Notes: generated by a model from the sequence alone, not told the origin. DNA of 64,000 nt from Epiperipatus broadwayi (GCA_028023455.1 JAQFVV010000007.1:1860001-1924000), one strand, 5' to 3'; counted from the first letter of the stretch, positions 23,085 to 36,342 are shown. Numbers and translations are program-made.

Positions 23085-26000
23085 TTATTCTATAGATTGA
23101 CCAGAATATGGTTTCAATATTCTTGCATTGTATGTACCTCTCATTTCTCCCTTTACATCTACCCAAAAAGCATTAGGACCTGCTTGTTTTATTATAGTAT
23201 AAGGTCCTTCATATTGTAAGTAGAATTTTTGATACTTATTTTCACAAGGTTTACTTACATGAGAGGTCTTTATTAATACCTTATCACCTACTTTAAACAT
23301 ATACATATTTTTTTCATTCTTATTTCTTTGCTTTGCTCTGCCGGTCATTTGTTGGTGGGCTTTTTGCCTTACCACTTCTGGATCTGAATTTATATGTTGT
23401 GCAGTGGGTATATATTTTACAAATAGTATTGGTGTGGGTTTACCAAAATGTAATTCAATGGGTGCAAATCCAGTTGATTCGTTCACACTCCAATTGATGA
23501 AATTCACCACACGCTCTGTCTGCTTTACCCACCCCTTATGCTCATCCTCTAGGTATGTCCTGAACAACCGTCCTAGTTCCCGCATTATGTATTCACAAGG
23601 GTTGGACTGTGGATTCCTAATGGATGTGAGCACATGTTGGATTGTGATTTTCCCACCCAATTTTTCCATTCTTTAGATAGGAAAGGAGTACCATGATCTG
23701 TCAATATGGTTCTTGGCCTCCCTATCCTAATGAATTGGAGGTTGTCTAATACCTTGATAGTGTTTCTGGTATTAGCCTGAGGTATTGGGTAAGCTGAGAC
23801 GTATCTTGAGAATAGATCATAGGTTACCAATAGATATTTTTTTATTGAATGATGGCAGGGGTCCATAATAATCTATTGCCAAGATCTCATTAGGTCTTTC
23901 TGGTATTATTGATTTAGTCAAATTAGAATAATTCTGGTTTACTGGCTTGGCACATAGGCACACTAGACAATCTCAGAGTGATCTCAAAATGTCTCTATAC
24001 ATTGTGGTCCAGTAAAACCAGTTTTTAAGAGTATGTTCTGTCTTATGGGGACCATAGTGACCATATAAACAATGAACATACATTATAAGTGGGGTTATTA
24101 GAGACTTAGGTATTACTACCCTCCACTCTTCAATATTTAAATCTGGTTTATAAAGCAAGACCTCATTTTCTAGCTTATAATGTGTAAGATATTTTGGACC
24201 ATGCAGAACTTTCTTTTCTTTTAATGCCTCCATGATTGGTTTTAAATTTGGATCGTGGAATTGAATTTCAGGCAGAGCTTCTAAATCATCCTCTACATTG
24301 TTATCAATCATTAGATATGATGTTAGTAATGTAGGCATTGTCTACTGAAAGGTGATTTTGTTCAGACCTGCAAGGGTTTCGACTCAGCACATCTGCTATC
24401 ACATTCTCAGATCCTTTACAATACTGTACACTGTAATTGAATTTCTGTAAAGTAAACTCCATCTGACTAGTTGACTGTTAGTCAGATAGCTGTGATTCAG
24501 GAATTCAAGGCTTTTATGGTCAGTGACCATGATTACCTCCAATCCAAGAAGCATCTGTCGAAACTGAAAGCTGGCTAATAAAATAGAGGACACCAGGTTG
24601 GCCATCCTCCTGGATTTGAGATAACGTTACCCCCAATCCGAAACCACTACTGTCCGTTTGGACAATGAACGGTTTGTTAAAATCAGGAAAAGCTAACATG
24701 GTTTGTTCTAAAAATCATGTTTTAATCTCTTCAAAAGTCTTATCTTGCTCCTCAGTCCATTTCCATCTTTCCGAATTAATTTCAGCAATGGTTCCATGCA
24801 GTCTGAGAACTTCTGGTAGAGATGATTATAGAAGTTGCACAGCCCTAAAATGACCTGATTTCCTTTCTATTTGTGGGTTTTGGAAAGCTCTGTATGGCAC
24901 TTATCTTGTCAGGATGAGGTCTCATCCCATTGCATCCAATAATATGACCAAGAAACACAACTTCGCTACATGCTAATGTGCTCTTTTTGAAGTTGATCTT
25001 AATCCCCTTGTTATAGCACTCTTTGAAAAACAGATAGAGATATTGAAGATGTTCTTCAATAGTGGCTGATACAATGATAACATCATCCACATAAATGATT
25101 GCAATCTGTTTGACCTCCGGTGATAGGTTCGATCCAAGCATTGTATTAAACCAGCTCCACTATTGATCAATCCAAATGGCATCCTATTAAACTGGTATGT
25201 AAAACCCTTGTATCGAAAGGTAGTGTATTGGCGATCATCTGGATGAAGCTCGATCTGCCAATAACTGGAGGTTAGATCGAAAGTAGAAAATACTTTCTTA
25301 TTTCCAAACCTTATGAATAAATCGTGGATGGGTGATGGAATGTTCCGGTCAGGAACTGTAATTTTGTTTAGTTGATGAGCATCCAAACAAAATCTCATCG
25401 ACCCATCTTTCTTCTTCACCGTTACTACTGGATTACAATATGGTGAAGAATATTTGGAAATAATTCCCCAATCTAGCATTTTATTAAGCTGTCTAGATAT
25501 CTCTTCATGATACTGGTATGGAATAGGCTATGACCTGGATTGAAAGGGTTGGTCATGGATTAGTTTTATTCTCTGCTGGAAACCCTCTATTATCCTGGGT
25601 ATTTCGGAGAAAATAGGGCCAAATTCAATAATGACAGATCGTAATTTTTCTTTCACCTCACTTCCAAGTAAATTGGAGTCTGTGATTTTACTCTCAATCA
25701 ATGCATCTGAGATCATAGATATCATACAATCAACTTCAGGTAGGTCATATCTTGGGTACAATGTCATTTCCAAAATCTCACCACTTACCCTAACTATTTT
25801 ATCAGAGAAATCAATGACACAATGGCTCATGTGGAGAAAGTCTGCTCCTAGAATGACCTCATGTATCAAGCCATTCAGGATAAGAAAAACATGATAGAAA
25901 GCTGTTTGGCCAATCTTGATTTGGACCCAGATTTGTTTCTGCATTAGTTTGGCTTTTCTATTAATAGCCATGATAACTTGTATTGACTTCAGTGGCAGGG

Positions 26001-26256
26001 TCTGGATGTTGGGATTACTGGTCAGAACTTTATTGTAAAATGCATCTGACACCACTGAGATCTGGCTACCAGAGTCTAATAATGCCTTAACTGGCAAATC
26101 CTCAAACAGCATCTCTATCATGGGACAGCATTGCACCACATAATTGGGTGTTCTATCCTCCCATGAACACATTAGATTAGTGATTTCCCAATCTCTTTCT
26201 GGCCTTGTGTTCTCCAGTGATTTTTCAGTTTCTTGAGGTGAGGAACATAACCTCAA
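23085..26256 (-). pseudogene. pol: B pol (protease, RT, RNase H, integrase with GPY/F), frameshifted
   Basis: ALLDSGSQIS; SPYCNPVVTVKKKDGSMRFCLD, FSTFDLTSSYWQI, RMPFGL, YVDD; VTDHKSL; HGHYG..YW; TDHGTPF, HPQSNPCE, YEGPYTII. Confidence 0.93.
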
Positions 26257-28098
26257 GTCCCCCTTTAGTTTGGTTTCTTTTGAATTTTGAGGGAGTAATT
26301 ACTACACCCCGGTTTATTATATTCTTCTGGGATGTCACTATGGTTTATTTTAGCTCTATCATCCCTTTTATGATTCTGGTTAGGTAATTGAGGGTGAGAA
26401 GGAATTTGTTGTGGTGATTTACCCTTCCAGTGGTTGGGGTTATTATTATTTTTCCTCCTTTTATAATACATAGCATTTATTGTAGGGTCCTTTTTTCTCT
26501 TTTCAGAAATCTGATTAGGTATGCCGCTGTTGTTCACACATCAATATTATTCAACAGTTCACCTATCTGCTCGATGCTTTTAGCATTCATGCAAAGAAGG
26601 GACTGTTCTATCTTTAAGGGTAAATTCCTCCTAATGATCTCTCCCTCAGTCAAATGATATGTGTTTAGGGTCCGCAGTTTAGATACTTGACATCTGAAGA
26701 ATTTTGTTAATGTTTCTCCCGGTGTCGGTTTATACTTTTCCTGGAACAGCTGATATAGCAATGCTTCTTGTTTGTCCCTGTTCCAGAAGCTTTTCACTAT
26801 TAATGCTTGGTATTCATCAAAGGTAGATGGGGTTTGGAACAAGGACTCCCACCACATTAGGGCGTCTCCTTGTAGATGGCTATATGCAATGATGATTTTC
26901 TCCCCCTCTGTCAGATTTGGATTAACTGTAAAGTATAATTTTAAGCTCCTCAAGTGTTCCATGGGGGCTTCAGTGGCCAATCCCTTGAAAATCTTAAGTT
27001 TCACAAACTGATTAATTACACTAACTTGCATCAAGTGGCCATGTGATTTATTTGGTTCAGAAAGCTTCACATGAGGTGTTAACTGTTGCACATCCAAGTT
27101 GCCTTGAGACATGTTCGGATTAATCTCATCATAGATACTGTGGAAAAGATAATCTTCTATCCCTCATGTCATTTGGCATGGTGCATTAGGCTCCAAACAT
27201 GATTCACGTGTCTGACTGATATCCTTGCTATAAGTTTCCCAGTGAACTTCTGCTTCATCCCTTTCTCTTTGTCTGTCTTGTGCCCTCAGGTCTACATCAG
27301 CTCTCTGTGTCCTTATCATCTGGGTATTTTGTGATACTTGTAATTCAATTTCTCCCAGTCTTCGGTTAAGAGCTTCATCTAAATGTTTTAGATCACAACT
27401 TAAACTTTCTGTAGTTTTCCTATGTGTCTCTATAGTTTTACAGCAACCTTCTATCTCCATGTTTTGCTTAGTGGTGAACTGGTCCAAAATAGCATGGATA
27501 GCCTTCATTTCTTCATGCATTTCATCTGTGTGCTTCCTTTGACTCTCACAAACCTCCTTTTTAAAGGGCTCTTGACTTTGACAGACTTCTTGGTATTTAA
27601 TGGTTAGCTGACTGGTGACACAATGTTTAAATTCCTCCAAATGTTGTCTACATTGCGTATCTTTCTCCTCAACTTCTTTTCTCATTTCCCCTATTTCTTG
27701 TTTCAACTCAACACTACTATTCTGAACACTTGTCAAACTTATAGACAGTTGTTTCATTTCTTGTGACAATTTTGTTTCTACATCTTTAATTTCTTCTCTT
27801 AAAACTGTTTGCATAATATTCATGCTCTCCTTCATCCCTATGTCCATCTTTAATTCCATATTAACAACATCAGTCTTGGTTGCCATATCTCCCATCCTAA
27901 CTTCTATGCCATCTATATTAGCTTTTAATTTTTCTACTTCATCTTTAGTAACCATATTAGCCTTCAATTGATTCATACTTTCATTCATACCCTTTATATC
28001 AAGTTTCATATTACTCCTTTCAGACTTCACACTACTCTCTATATCAAACTTCATATTCTCCATTTTAGCCTTCATATCATCACTGTCAGCCTTCATAT

Positions 28099-30917
28099 TG
28101 AAGCAGTCAATGTCTAATCATCATTGAGCTTCATGCTTAACCATCTACACTAACCTCCTATGGGGCCCACAATTCAGACCCTGCTATAAATATATGCTAG
28201 TCACTCACACACTGTATGTCGAATCATTCTAAAGATGAGTAAAATTAATTTTGTTTAGTAAAAATGAAACAGTAGTTTGAATGATGCGTATATATATTAT
28301 GACTAAAGCAATAGTTTTATTGCTATAAAAATACATTTGCTTAGATATTTGTAATTATTTTTATATCTGTGTATATTCAATGTAACAACAAAGAAAAATG
28401 GGGAAGGCTTGAAATATTGAAATTATCTTTATCACTAGTCAGATCGTTGTCTATAATTAAAACTTATAAATCTTAATTACAATCGAAAAACAAATCGTTT
28501 ATCAGTTTGCAAATCTTTCAAAACAGCTAAAAGGGGTATTTCAAGCCTTATCTATTGAAAATATTTTACTAATTAAATGTTGTTTTTAAAAGGATTACAG
28601 AGATAAGGGTGGGGTATGAAATTGAATTCTGGGCAGTATGGAAAGGTTATAAAAGGAACCAGTGAACAAAAGAGACTTGACTTAGACTTTGAGTTTTACT
28701 TTGGAGTTTACTGTCAGTTTTTAGTTAATTGAGAATTACTTTTAAGAAGCCAACACAGGTTCAGCAAATGGGGCGTGAGTAGCGGAGCCGTCCACCTCTC
28801 TTTCCTCTCGGAGGACTGTCTACCAGCCGTCAAACTTCCATCTGACTGGCCATATGAAATGACATAGAATTGCCAACCGTCCTGCCTACCGCTATGCTGA
28901 GATATTAGGTAAAATCCTGTAATTTAGAGCTGCCTTGATACGAACATTCACAGGTGATTTATAATTTGTAGCCAAATTAATTCATAGATCCGTTATGATA
29001 TTCTGCTAATTTTGCTTTTAAACTCTCTCTCTGTAATCTTTTATTAATATCATGTATTTTAACTTACCTTTCATGCTTAATTAAATTATATATATATAAA
29101 TGTGTGCGATTCCATTAAGATTTTATGTATTTTGTTTAATGTATAAATATGATTTATTTTCTTTAATATGCCAAAAGTCGCTAAGTTCGTGAGTCAAGGG
29201 GAAAATAATTGTTTTACTTGGAAAAGGGTGGGCTTTATTTAAAAAAACTTATCAATAAAGTTTTGTTTATATTAAATAGCAATTGCTCGCGAATTTGGTT
29301 TCATTTTAAATTCATGATTCTTAAAGTAAATTAAAAACTTTTACTGTGGATGAATTTTGCTTTAATTTTCTATTTTAAAAAAGATCGTGAACTTTCAACT
29401 TTCATATAATTAATTCATTCCTTTTTGCTGGTGCCTGAAGGGAAAATTATACCAGTTAATACGTATTTGGGAATCGATTCTGTAAATATAAATGTTGTTA
29501 GTTTAATAATATTGTAAATAGTAACGTTATTATTCATTATGATCAGTTAAATGACTCAGAATTGGAAACAGATTATTGCGCAAGAGTTTAGGCAATCTCC
29601 AAGTTTGAAAATTATATTACAAAATTTATATTCATGTCCAGTAAGGTTGCTGGCATACATTTTCTTTCTGATATTTTATCTTTCCATTTTTTTGATTGTT
29701 TTATTATTGGGGACATCGAAAGCATGAAGCTCCCGTCCTTCTTAACCAGAGACAACGCTCTCTGTTAAATTATAAAGTTTAAGAGGATTATGTGCTGCGG
29801 ATGGCAGTACATGATGATCTGAGGTCTCATTCTCAGCCTCTACTTTGATATCGTTCTGCCAGAAATGCGCGGATATATCCACTTTAAGTTTGTTTCCAAG
29901 TATTCCTTTAAATGATAAAATATCCACAATCGCCATGAAGGTCAGATTCCTTTAATGTATGCTAATACCGTTACTTTTGTCTTTAATTTAATCACCGTCC
30001 GCCTAACCTTTAGTAAGTCGCAATGATGTGTTAAAAACAATGTTTCATTTCGTAAAAATACTTTTAGTCCATTGATTTAAACTGCTTTCCTTTAAAAAAA
30101 AGCTTTATCGATTCCCAGAGACGTAAATCAATTTGTATAATTTATTCTCGTAAAGAATGCGCATTGTTTGTTTTTTATGTATACTTATTCAAAGGACGCT
30201 AGGTCCAAACAATGCCTGTCAAACATATATAATGATTTCAAGGTTGTAAATAAATGATTGAGACCGTAAATTTATATTTATTTGTCAAAATGATTAACGT
30301 TAAATTATCGTGTATCTTTCTGTAATCCGAATCTGTTCCAATCTTGTAGATTATTTTGTACATCCACATTTTGGCATATTAACCCCGCACAACTTATAAC
30401 ACATTCTATAAAATGGTATTTATTAAATAATTGATGTAATGGGGATTTTATAAAACAAATCCCAAGTTTTCAAAATGTATAAAATCACTCCAAGCGTGAA
30501 ACAATTTTGTAACATATATATGCGTTTTCTGCATTTATTAAATATATATATTTTCGTGTTAATCCTGGTTTGTGTTGAATTATTAGTTTCTGGTTAATAT
30601 TTAGAATTATTTTCTTTAGCTAATAGCTTAGCATTAATAAATAACTATGATAATGTAATAACTGGGCTACTCCGTCCTCGATCATCATCATCATTCTGAT
30701 CTTATGCTCTACCGCTCTGCTTATGGGCACGGATTTAAAGTAATTTTACTGTGTCATCAGAATTGTTGTTCATTGGGTCAGAGATTCGAAGAATAGGCAA
30801 ATAGGTTAGAATTCAGGATTGTTCCAGACCTATGTATCTCGAGCATGATCGGATTCGAGGTACTTTTGCTTAGGATTTGGAACCTTGTTAAGTGAGCATA
30901 CTGTTTTGACCGGTACA
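28099..30917 (+). repeat. A' 5' LTR (2819 bp)
   Basis: TGAAGCAGT...ACCGGTACA; colinear with 10583-13615; TATAAAA at 28648-28654. Confidence 0.88.
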
Positions 30918-30938
30918 GTGGATTTATTTTTCCGGGCT

Positions 30939-30956
30939 TGGCTGCCCAAGTGGGGC
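30939..30956 (+). promoter_or_regulatory. PBS of A', tRNA-Lys(CUU)-like
   Basis: TGGCTGCCCAAGTGGGGC versus TGGCGCCCAACGTGGGGC, 21 nt after the LTR. Confidence 0.7.
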
Positions 30957-32158
30957 TTCGAAATAAACACCCACATACCCTGAGTACGAAATTCTGTTTA
31001 TATGTATGTTTTAAAAAAAAAAAAGGGTTGTAAGAGATCATTGATGATAGATATGTATATTTCCTTCCTACCCGAGTTTGTTTTCCGATTTTATATATAT
31101 AAAATGTGAAAAATTTGTATGAAAACCAATGTCCATGTGTTGCAACCATAAATGTAAATGGTTTTTGTGGTATCTGGTTGGGCAACTATAGAAAAATATT
31201 GTATTCTATGTTTACAGCCGCAAATGTAAAAATCTTGTCTTAAAAATGAAAAAAATTTTCGATACCCATGTGTTTCACCCATAAGTGATTTTTTTCCTGT
31301 ATCTGGTTTTACAAATATATAAAATATGTTTCTTAAGTTATATATGCAAAAATGAAAATGTTTATAAATAAAACCCATGTACTTCAACCGTAAATGATAA
31401 ACCTTGAGATTATAACAAGGTATATGTCATATTTAGTGTATTTTCTGTACATTATATATGTAATAGAGTTTATAATGTGTAACAAATACTTAGTTATATT
31501 TACTAGTTGAGTAGCCCAGATGTATTTGGAATTGTTTTTTTTTTGTTATATCCTGTTGGCTGGCGCCATATAAATGTGCCAACAGTAATATAATAACTAC
31601 ATGTCGAAATGAGTTCAAACCAGGATGTTAGGGGTTGAGAGAGAGTTTAATTATTGTCCACTATTTTGCTATGTATAATTATCATGAGCAGAACATTATA
31701 TTGTAGAAACAAATCACTAAATTTTTTTTTTGTAAGAGTCTATTATAGGTGCAGAAAAACAACCAAAAGTCAAGCAGCAAGGCAGTTTGAATTCAGATCA
31801 TACACATACAGGTGATGATCAAATATTTTTTTCCTGTTATCAGCAGCAGTCGGCAGCAACAAAAAAAATGGCAAAAGGAAGACAGTTGAAGAGAGGAGGG
31901 AGAGAGAGGTGTATATCCTGTATAAAATAAAAGAAGAAAGAAACAAGCCTTAATTTTCAAATAATTAGAAGTGATAATAAGTCTAAATCAAAATATTAAA
32001 ATATATTTCACAGAGACATTTAAAATTGACTATCTTTCAAAAGAAAAATAAAAGTGAAGTAACGAAGAAATATAAAAAGGAAGTCAGAAAGTATAGCAAC
32101 CAAAATTTCATGCTTAAAGAGTTTTTCAAAAAAGTAGAAGGGAATTCTAGTAAACAAA

Positions 32159-33397
32159 ATGAGGCATCAGGAACTACCCATCACTGCACCATTTATACAG
32201 ATCCAGATCTTCCGTGGTGAACCACAGGAGAGTCCACAGGAACATATGGAAAATCTGAAGGTGATGTGTTCACTATATGCACTGAGCAATAGAGAACAAA
32301 TGGCCATAGCTAGCCAGCATTTGGAAGCAACCGCTAAAGACTGGTGGCGATCATTGACACACAAACCAACAGATCTTGAAGAGTACTGCCAGGCACTATG
32401 CAAGATTTTTTGGAGCGAAAAATGACAGGAGTATATTTTGCGCACCATAACCAATGAAAAATTCCCAACTAATCACCAAGAAACATATGCGCAATTGTTT
32501 TTAAAGCAAGCCGCAAGACTCAGATCTCTACCAGATATCACATGGTCAGAATCACATATTATCCATACCATACGACAGAACATGCCGATGAAGATGCAGG
32601 AAATGATGATCATAAGCCGGATCAACAAAATAAATGAAATGGCTGAGTTTTTGGTTTCAATAGACTATGGATTTAGTAATCCAGAAACAGATGGAACCCC
32701 AACATTGAACCCAGAACAAGGGAAGGGGGACATACAGGAATGCCCAGAATATTTAAAGAAACAATGGAATCAGTTTAAACCAGATGGTAGCCAGATGACT
32801 AACATAATATGGGAAAAAGAAAACGTGGAGAATGTTACAACCACAAGCTTGTGTCCTATTATTGAAGTGATGATAGAATCCACCAAGGTATTAGTGCTAG
32901 TGGATTCAGGAAGCCAAGCATCGATCGTATCAAAGGCATAGATTAAAAGTGTAGAGAGAGAATGGGAAATAATGCAATTGCCAACACGTCCCATCCAGTT
33001 GACCTTAGCTAATGGGAAAAGAATCATGAGCGAGAACAGTCAAATCTGGCTAGAGGTGAAGATCAATGAGAGATTGATGGGCCATACTTTCTTGATTGTA
33101 TCTGGACTGATCTATGATATGGTGTTGGGTTCCGACTTTCTAACCCAAAATCATGGAATTATCGATTATTTCGGAAGAAAATGCCTGTTCGACAATGAAT
33201 CAACACATTTCAAAGTGACCCACCAAGCCGTACCTGAGAAGCAGAGCTGCTTGATCCAGCCTGTTGATTCCGCATTGATTGAAAAAAAGGTCCATGACTC
33301 AGCTATTACAGAGTCCAAAGATAAAAGAAGTATCCAAAGCATGTTAGAAAATTATGCTCAGGTGTTTGCCCGGGGTATACTCATAGAATTCGAGTGA
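32159..33397 (+). pseudogene. gag: A' gag (capsid-like) and protease, broken
   Basis: IFRGEPQESPQEHM..HLEATAKDWWRSL..FWSE; VLVDSGSQASIVS; GHTFLIVSGLIYDMVLGSDFL. Confidence 0.85.
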
Positions 33398-33554
33398 AGG
33401 AGGAATTGTACACCCAATCCAAAACATACCCCATCCCATTCCAATACCGGGATGAGGTGGAAAAGCAGATTCAACAGATGATCGAGTGGGACATTATTGA
33501 GCGGAGCCCATCTCCCTATAACAATCCGTTAGTTGGGGGGAAAAAAATGGAGAT

Positions 33555-35387
33555 TTGCAGCTATGTTTGGACGCACGAAAATTAAACAGCATGACCATCC
33601 CTGAGAGAGACATCCCGCCACCGGTCCAGGAGGTATTTGTCCAGTTGGCAGGGAAGATGATCTTTTCTACCTTAGACCTTACCGCCAGTTATTGGCAGAT
33701 GGCCCTAGATCCTCGTGACCGAAAGTATACCGCGTTTTGGTATGGAGGACATACCCATGTGTTTAAGCGAGTTCCCTTTGGACTCATTAATAGTGGGGCA
33801 GGTCTAATGCGATGTTTAAAACAAGTCCTATCCAAAGAGGTACAGAAAAATATGGTCTGCTATGTGGACGATATAGTAATTGCATCAAAAAACATCACCG
33901 AACATTTGAAATGCCTTGAACAATTTCTCCATGAATGTGCCCAAGAAAACATAACTATTAACTTGGAAAAGAGTCGCTTTGCAGTAAAAGAAATTACATT
34001 CCTTGGGCATGTTGTAACTGAGAATGGGGTCAAAGTCCACCCTGACAAAGTAGAAGCCATCGAGCACTTCCCCAAACCAAAAACTCGGAAACAAGTCCGA
34101 TCTTTCTTGGGACTGTGTAACTTCTATCACCGGTTTTACCCAAATTTTGCTCATGAGACAGGAAAGCTGATAGAGTTACTAAAGAAAGATCATAAATGGG
34201 AATGGACCGAAGCCCATGACAAGGATTTTGAGAACATAAAAAAAAATTTTCTTCAAGCTGTAATGTTGTGTCATCCTGATTTTACAAGAACCTTTTACAT
34301 CCAGACTGATAGTAGCAAGCAGGGATTGGGGGCTGTGTTATTCCAAATTAATGAAGAAGGAAAGCATCAGGTGCTCTATTTTTGTAGCCGCTCCTTAAAG
34401 GGAGCCGAAGTACACTATACCACCATGGAACAAGAAACCCTAGCAATCGTTTGGGCATGCCAGAAATTCCATCAATTTCTCCTGGGGTCTGATGTGGTCA
34501 TAGTAACCGATCACAAATGTTTGGAATTCTTGAATAAGAGTTTCCTTACAAATGATCGATTGATCCGGTGGAGCCTGGCCCTCCAACAGTTTCAATACAG
34601 AGTGGCTTACTGCCCAGGACGTGAGAACATTGTGGCAGATATCCTAAGCCGCCATCCTGTACCTGCCAGTATCCAAAATCCTCAGCTGAATGACCAGACC
34701 CTCAGAATCATGGCCACAACCACGAAGACCCCTATGGAAACTGATTTGACAAATCTACGATATTGGCAAGATGACCAATATGCTAACATTATCTCCAACC
34801 TGGGAACCAATCACCTAATGTGTACAAACAAAAGAAATGCACGGCGATACTCCCAATTCCGTTTAAAAGATGGAATCCTCCAATGTAAGACCAAAGACAT
34901 GGAGAGCCCATGGAAAATCATGACACCAAATAAGATTAGGATGCAACTGATCGAACATATCCACAAAACCTTGGGACATTATGGGCCACGGAAAACTGAG
35001 GAAGCCCTGAGACGTCAATTTTACTGGCCAGGTATGTACACACAGATCCTCACAGTGTTACGGAAATGTGCAATGTGTGCCCGGACTAAGTTTCCGAACA
35101 AGTCTTATGCTGGAACTATGAAACCCATAACTGCATCAAGGCCCAATGAGTTAATTGCAATCGACCACTACGGCCCATTGCCCAAATTTAGAAATTTCCA
35201 ATATTTACTCGTGACCTATGATGTTTTTTCCAAATATGTACGAGCGTATCCTGTCCGGGCTGCAGACTCAAGGAATAGATTCGGACCCTCCAAGATAAAC
35301 ATTTCCCTGAGGTGGGAAAACCTAATTCTATTCTATCAGATCATGGTTCAGCCTTCACCTCTAGGGAATGGAAGGGCTGGCTTTTGA
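33555..35387 (+). CDS. pol: A' pol: RT, RNase H and N-terminal integrase (610 aa open; upstream frameshift, 3' truncated)
   Basis: FSTLDL..YWQM, RVPFGL, YVDD, QTDSSKQGLG, EQETLAI, TDH, NIVADILSR, HKTLGHYG..CAMC, IDHYGP. Confidence 0.93.
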   Translation: MQLCLDARKLNSMTIPERDIPPPVQEVFVQLAGKMIFSTLDLTASYWQMALDPRDRKYTAFWYGGHTHVFKRVPFGLINSGAGLMRCLKQVLSKEVQKNMVCYVDDIVIASKNITEHLKCLEQFLHECAQENITINLEKSRFAVKEITFLGHVVTENGVKVHPDKVEAIEHFPKPKTRKQVRSFLGLCNFYHRFYPNFAHETGKLIELLKKDHKWEWTEAHDKDFENIKKNFLQAVMLCHPDFTRTFYIQTDSSKQGLGAVLFQINEEGKHQVLYFCSRSLKGAEVHYTTMEQETLAIVWACQKFHQFLLGSDVVIVTDHKCLEFLNKSFLTNDRLIRWSLALQQFQYRVAYCPGRENIVADILSRHPVPASIQNPQLNDQTLRIMATTTKTPMETDLTNLRYWQDDQYANIISNLGTNHLMCTNKRNARRYSQFRLKDGILQCKTKDMESPWKIMTPNKIRMQLIEHIHKTLGHYGPRKTEEALRRQFYWPGMYTQILTVLRKCAMCARTKFPNKSYAGTMKPITASRPNELIAIDHYGPLPKFRNFQYLLVTYDVFSKYVRAYPVRAADSRNRFGPSKINISLRWENLILFYQIMVQPSPLGNGRAGF

Positions 35388-36342
35388 AGCAACAAGTCAC
35401 TCATCAGTTGACATGATCGGATTCGAGGTACTTTTGCTTAGGATTTGGAACCTTGTTAAGTGAGCATACTGTTTTGACCGGTACAATATCAAACTTCATA
35501 TTCTTCATTTTAGTGTCCATATTCTTCATTGTAATGTTCAAACTTGTGATCATCTGAGCCAATTGTGCCAATGTGATGGTGGTATCTTTCATAGCTTGGA
35601 CAACTTCAATTTGAGGTGACTGAACTATTTCAATAATAGTTTCTTAAGCCTCAATGGTCATTTCATCATCTTGACATGTCTGTGGGAAGCAGTCACCTTC
35701 AACTACAGACCCCTTAGATATCTGACTAGGCAAAGACCCTCCCTCATGGCTAATCTCATCCTCACCTATCACGACATTATTAACTTCACTCTTCTCTACT
35801 TCAATATCACTTACTTCTTCTTGGAAATCTTCTGTCTCCATACTTAATAATTTTTTTCTATTTCTTAATAATATTAATTATTTTAAACAACTTTTACTTA
35901 TAAAAAATATTGTAATAGTTAATTGTCTCAGGGTTTTACATTTTCCCCCAACTATACCATATGTAACTTCTGTATCAAATTTTTATTTGATTTTGACTGT
36001 CCACATCTAGATTAAAGTTTTTACATTGCCTGACTTCTCTACTTTAGTATCAATTTACTCTGGATTTAATTGTTTTACAAGCCTCTGTTTATTGATCCCG
36101 CATTCATTCTTTAATGCACTTATTTATTTATTTTTACCAATTTTTAATTTTAGATGTTTTATGTTTTTATCTAATATTTAAGCATCTTATTTATTTGTTG
36201 TAGGCATATACACAATAGTGGTTTAGTATAATTGAACTTGTTATACCAGTGGAAAGTTTAAAAATATTCAACAAAAAAATTTTTTTTTTTTTTAAATTTC
36301 TGTCAAATGGCTAAACCTCCCTTGCAACTATAATATTTTCAT

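Larger units (their letters stand above)
28099..35485 (+). mobile_element. Element A': young Ty3/Gypsy element related to A, inserted antisense in B gag, with a large 3' deletion
   Basis: TG 28099 and CA 35485, with ATAT TSD at 28095-28098 and 35486-35489; 35412-35485 is identical to the last 74 bp of the 5' LTR (30844-30917). Confidence 0.92.
26534..35841 (-). pseudogene. gag: B gag, split by A' (35841-35490 joined to 28098-27164, then capsid 27112-26534)
   Basis: Removing 28099-35485 and one ATAT gives in-frame AAT ATG AAG TTT GAT ATG AAG GCT (..KNMKFD-MKADSDD..); capsid-like FKG..EAPMEHL..HLQGDALMWWESL..FWN. Confidence 0.88.

Noticed and set aside
23085-35387. Apparent bidirectional element with two divergent gag-pol cassettes around a 4-kb spacer
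   Set aside because: Explained by nesting: the spacer is the A' LTR plus leader, bounded by an ATAT TSD, and excision restores B gag.
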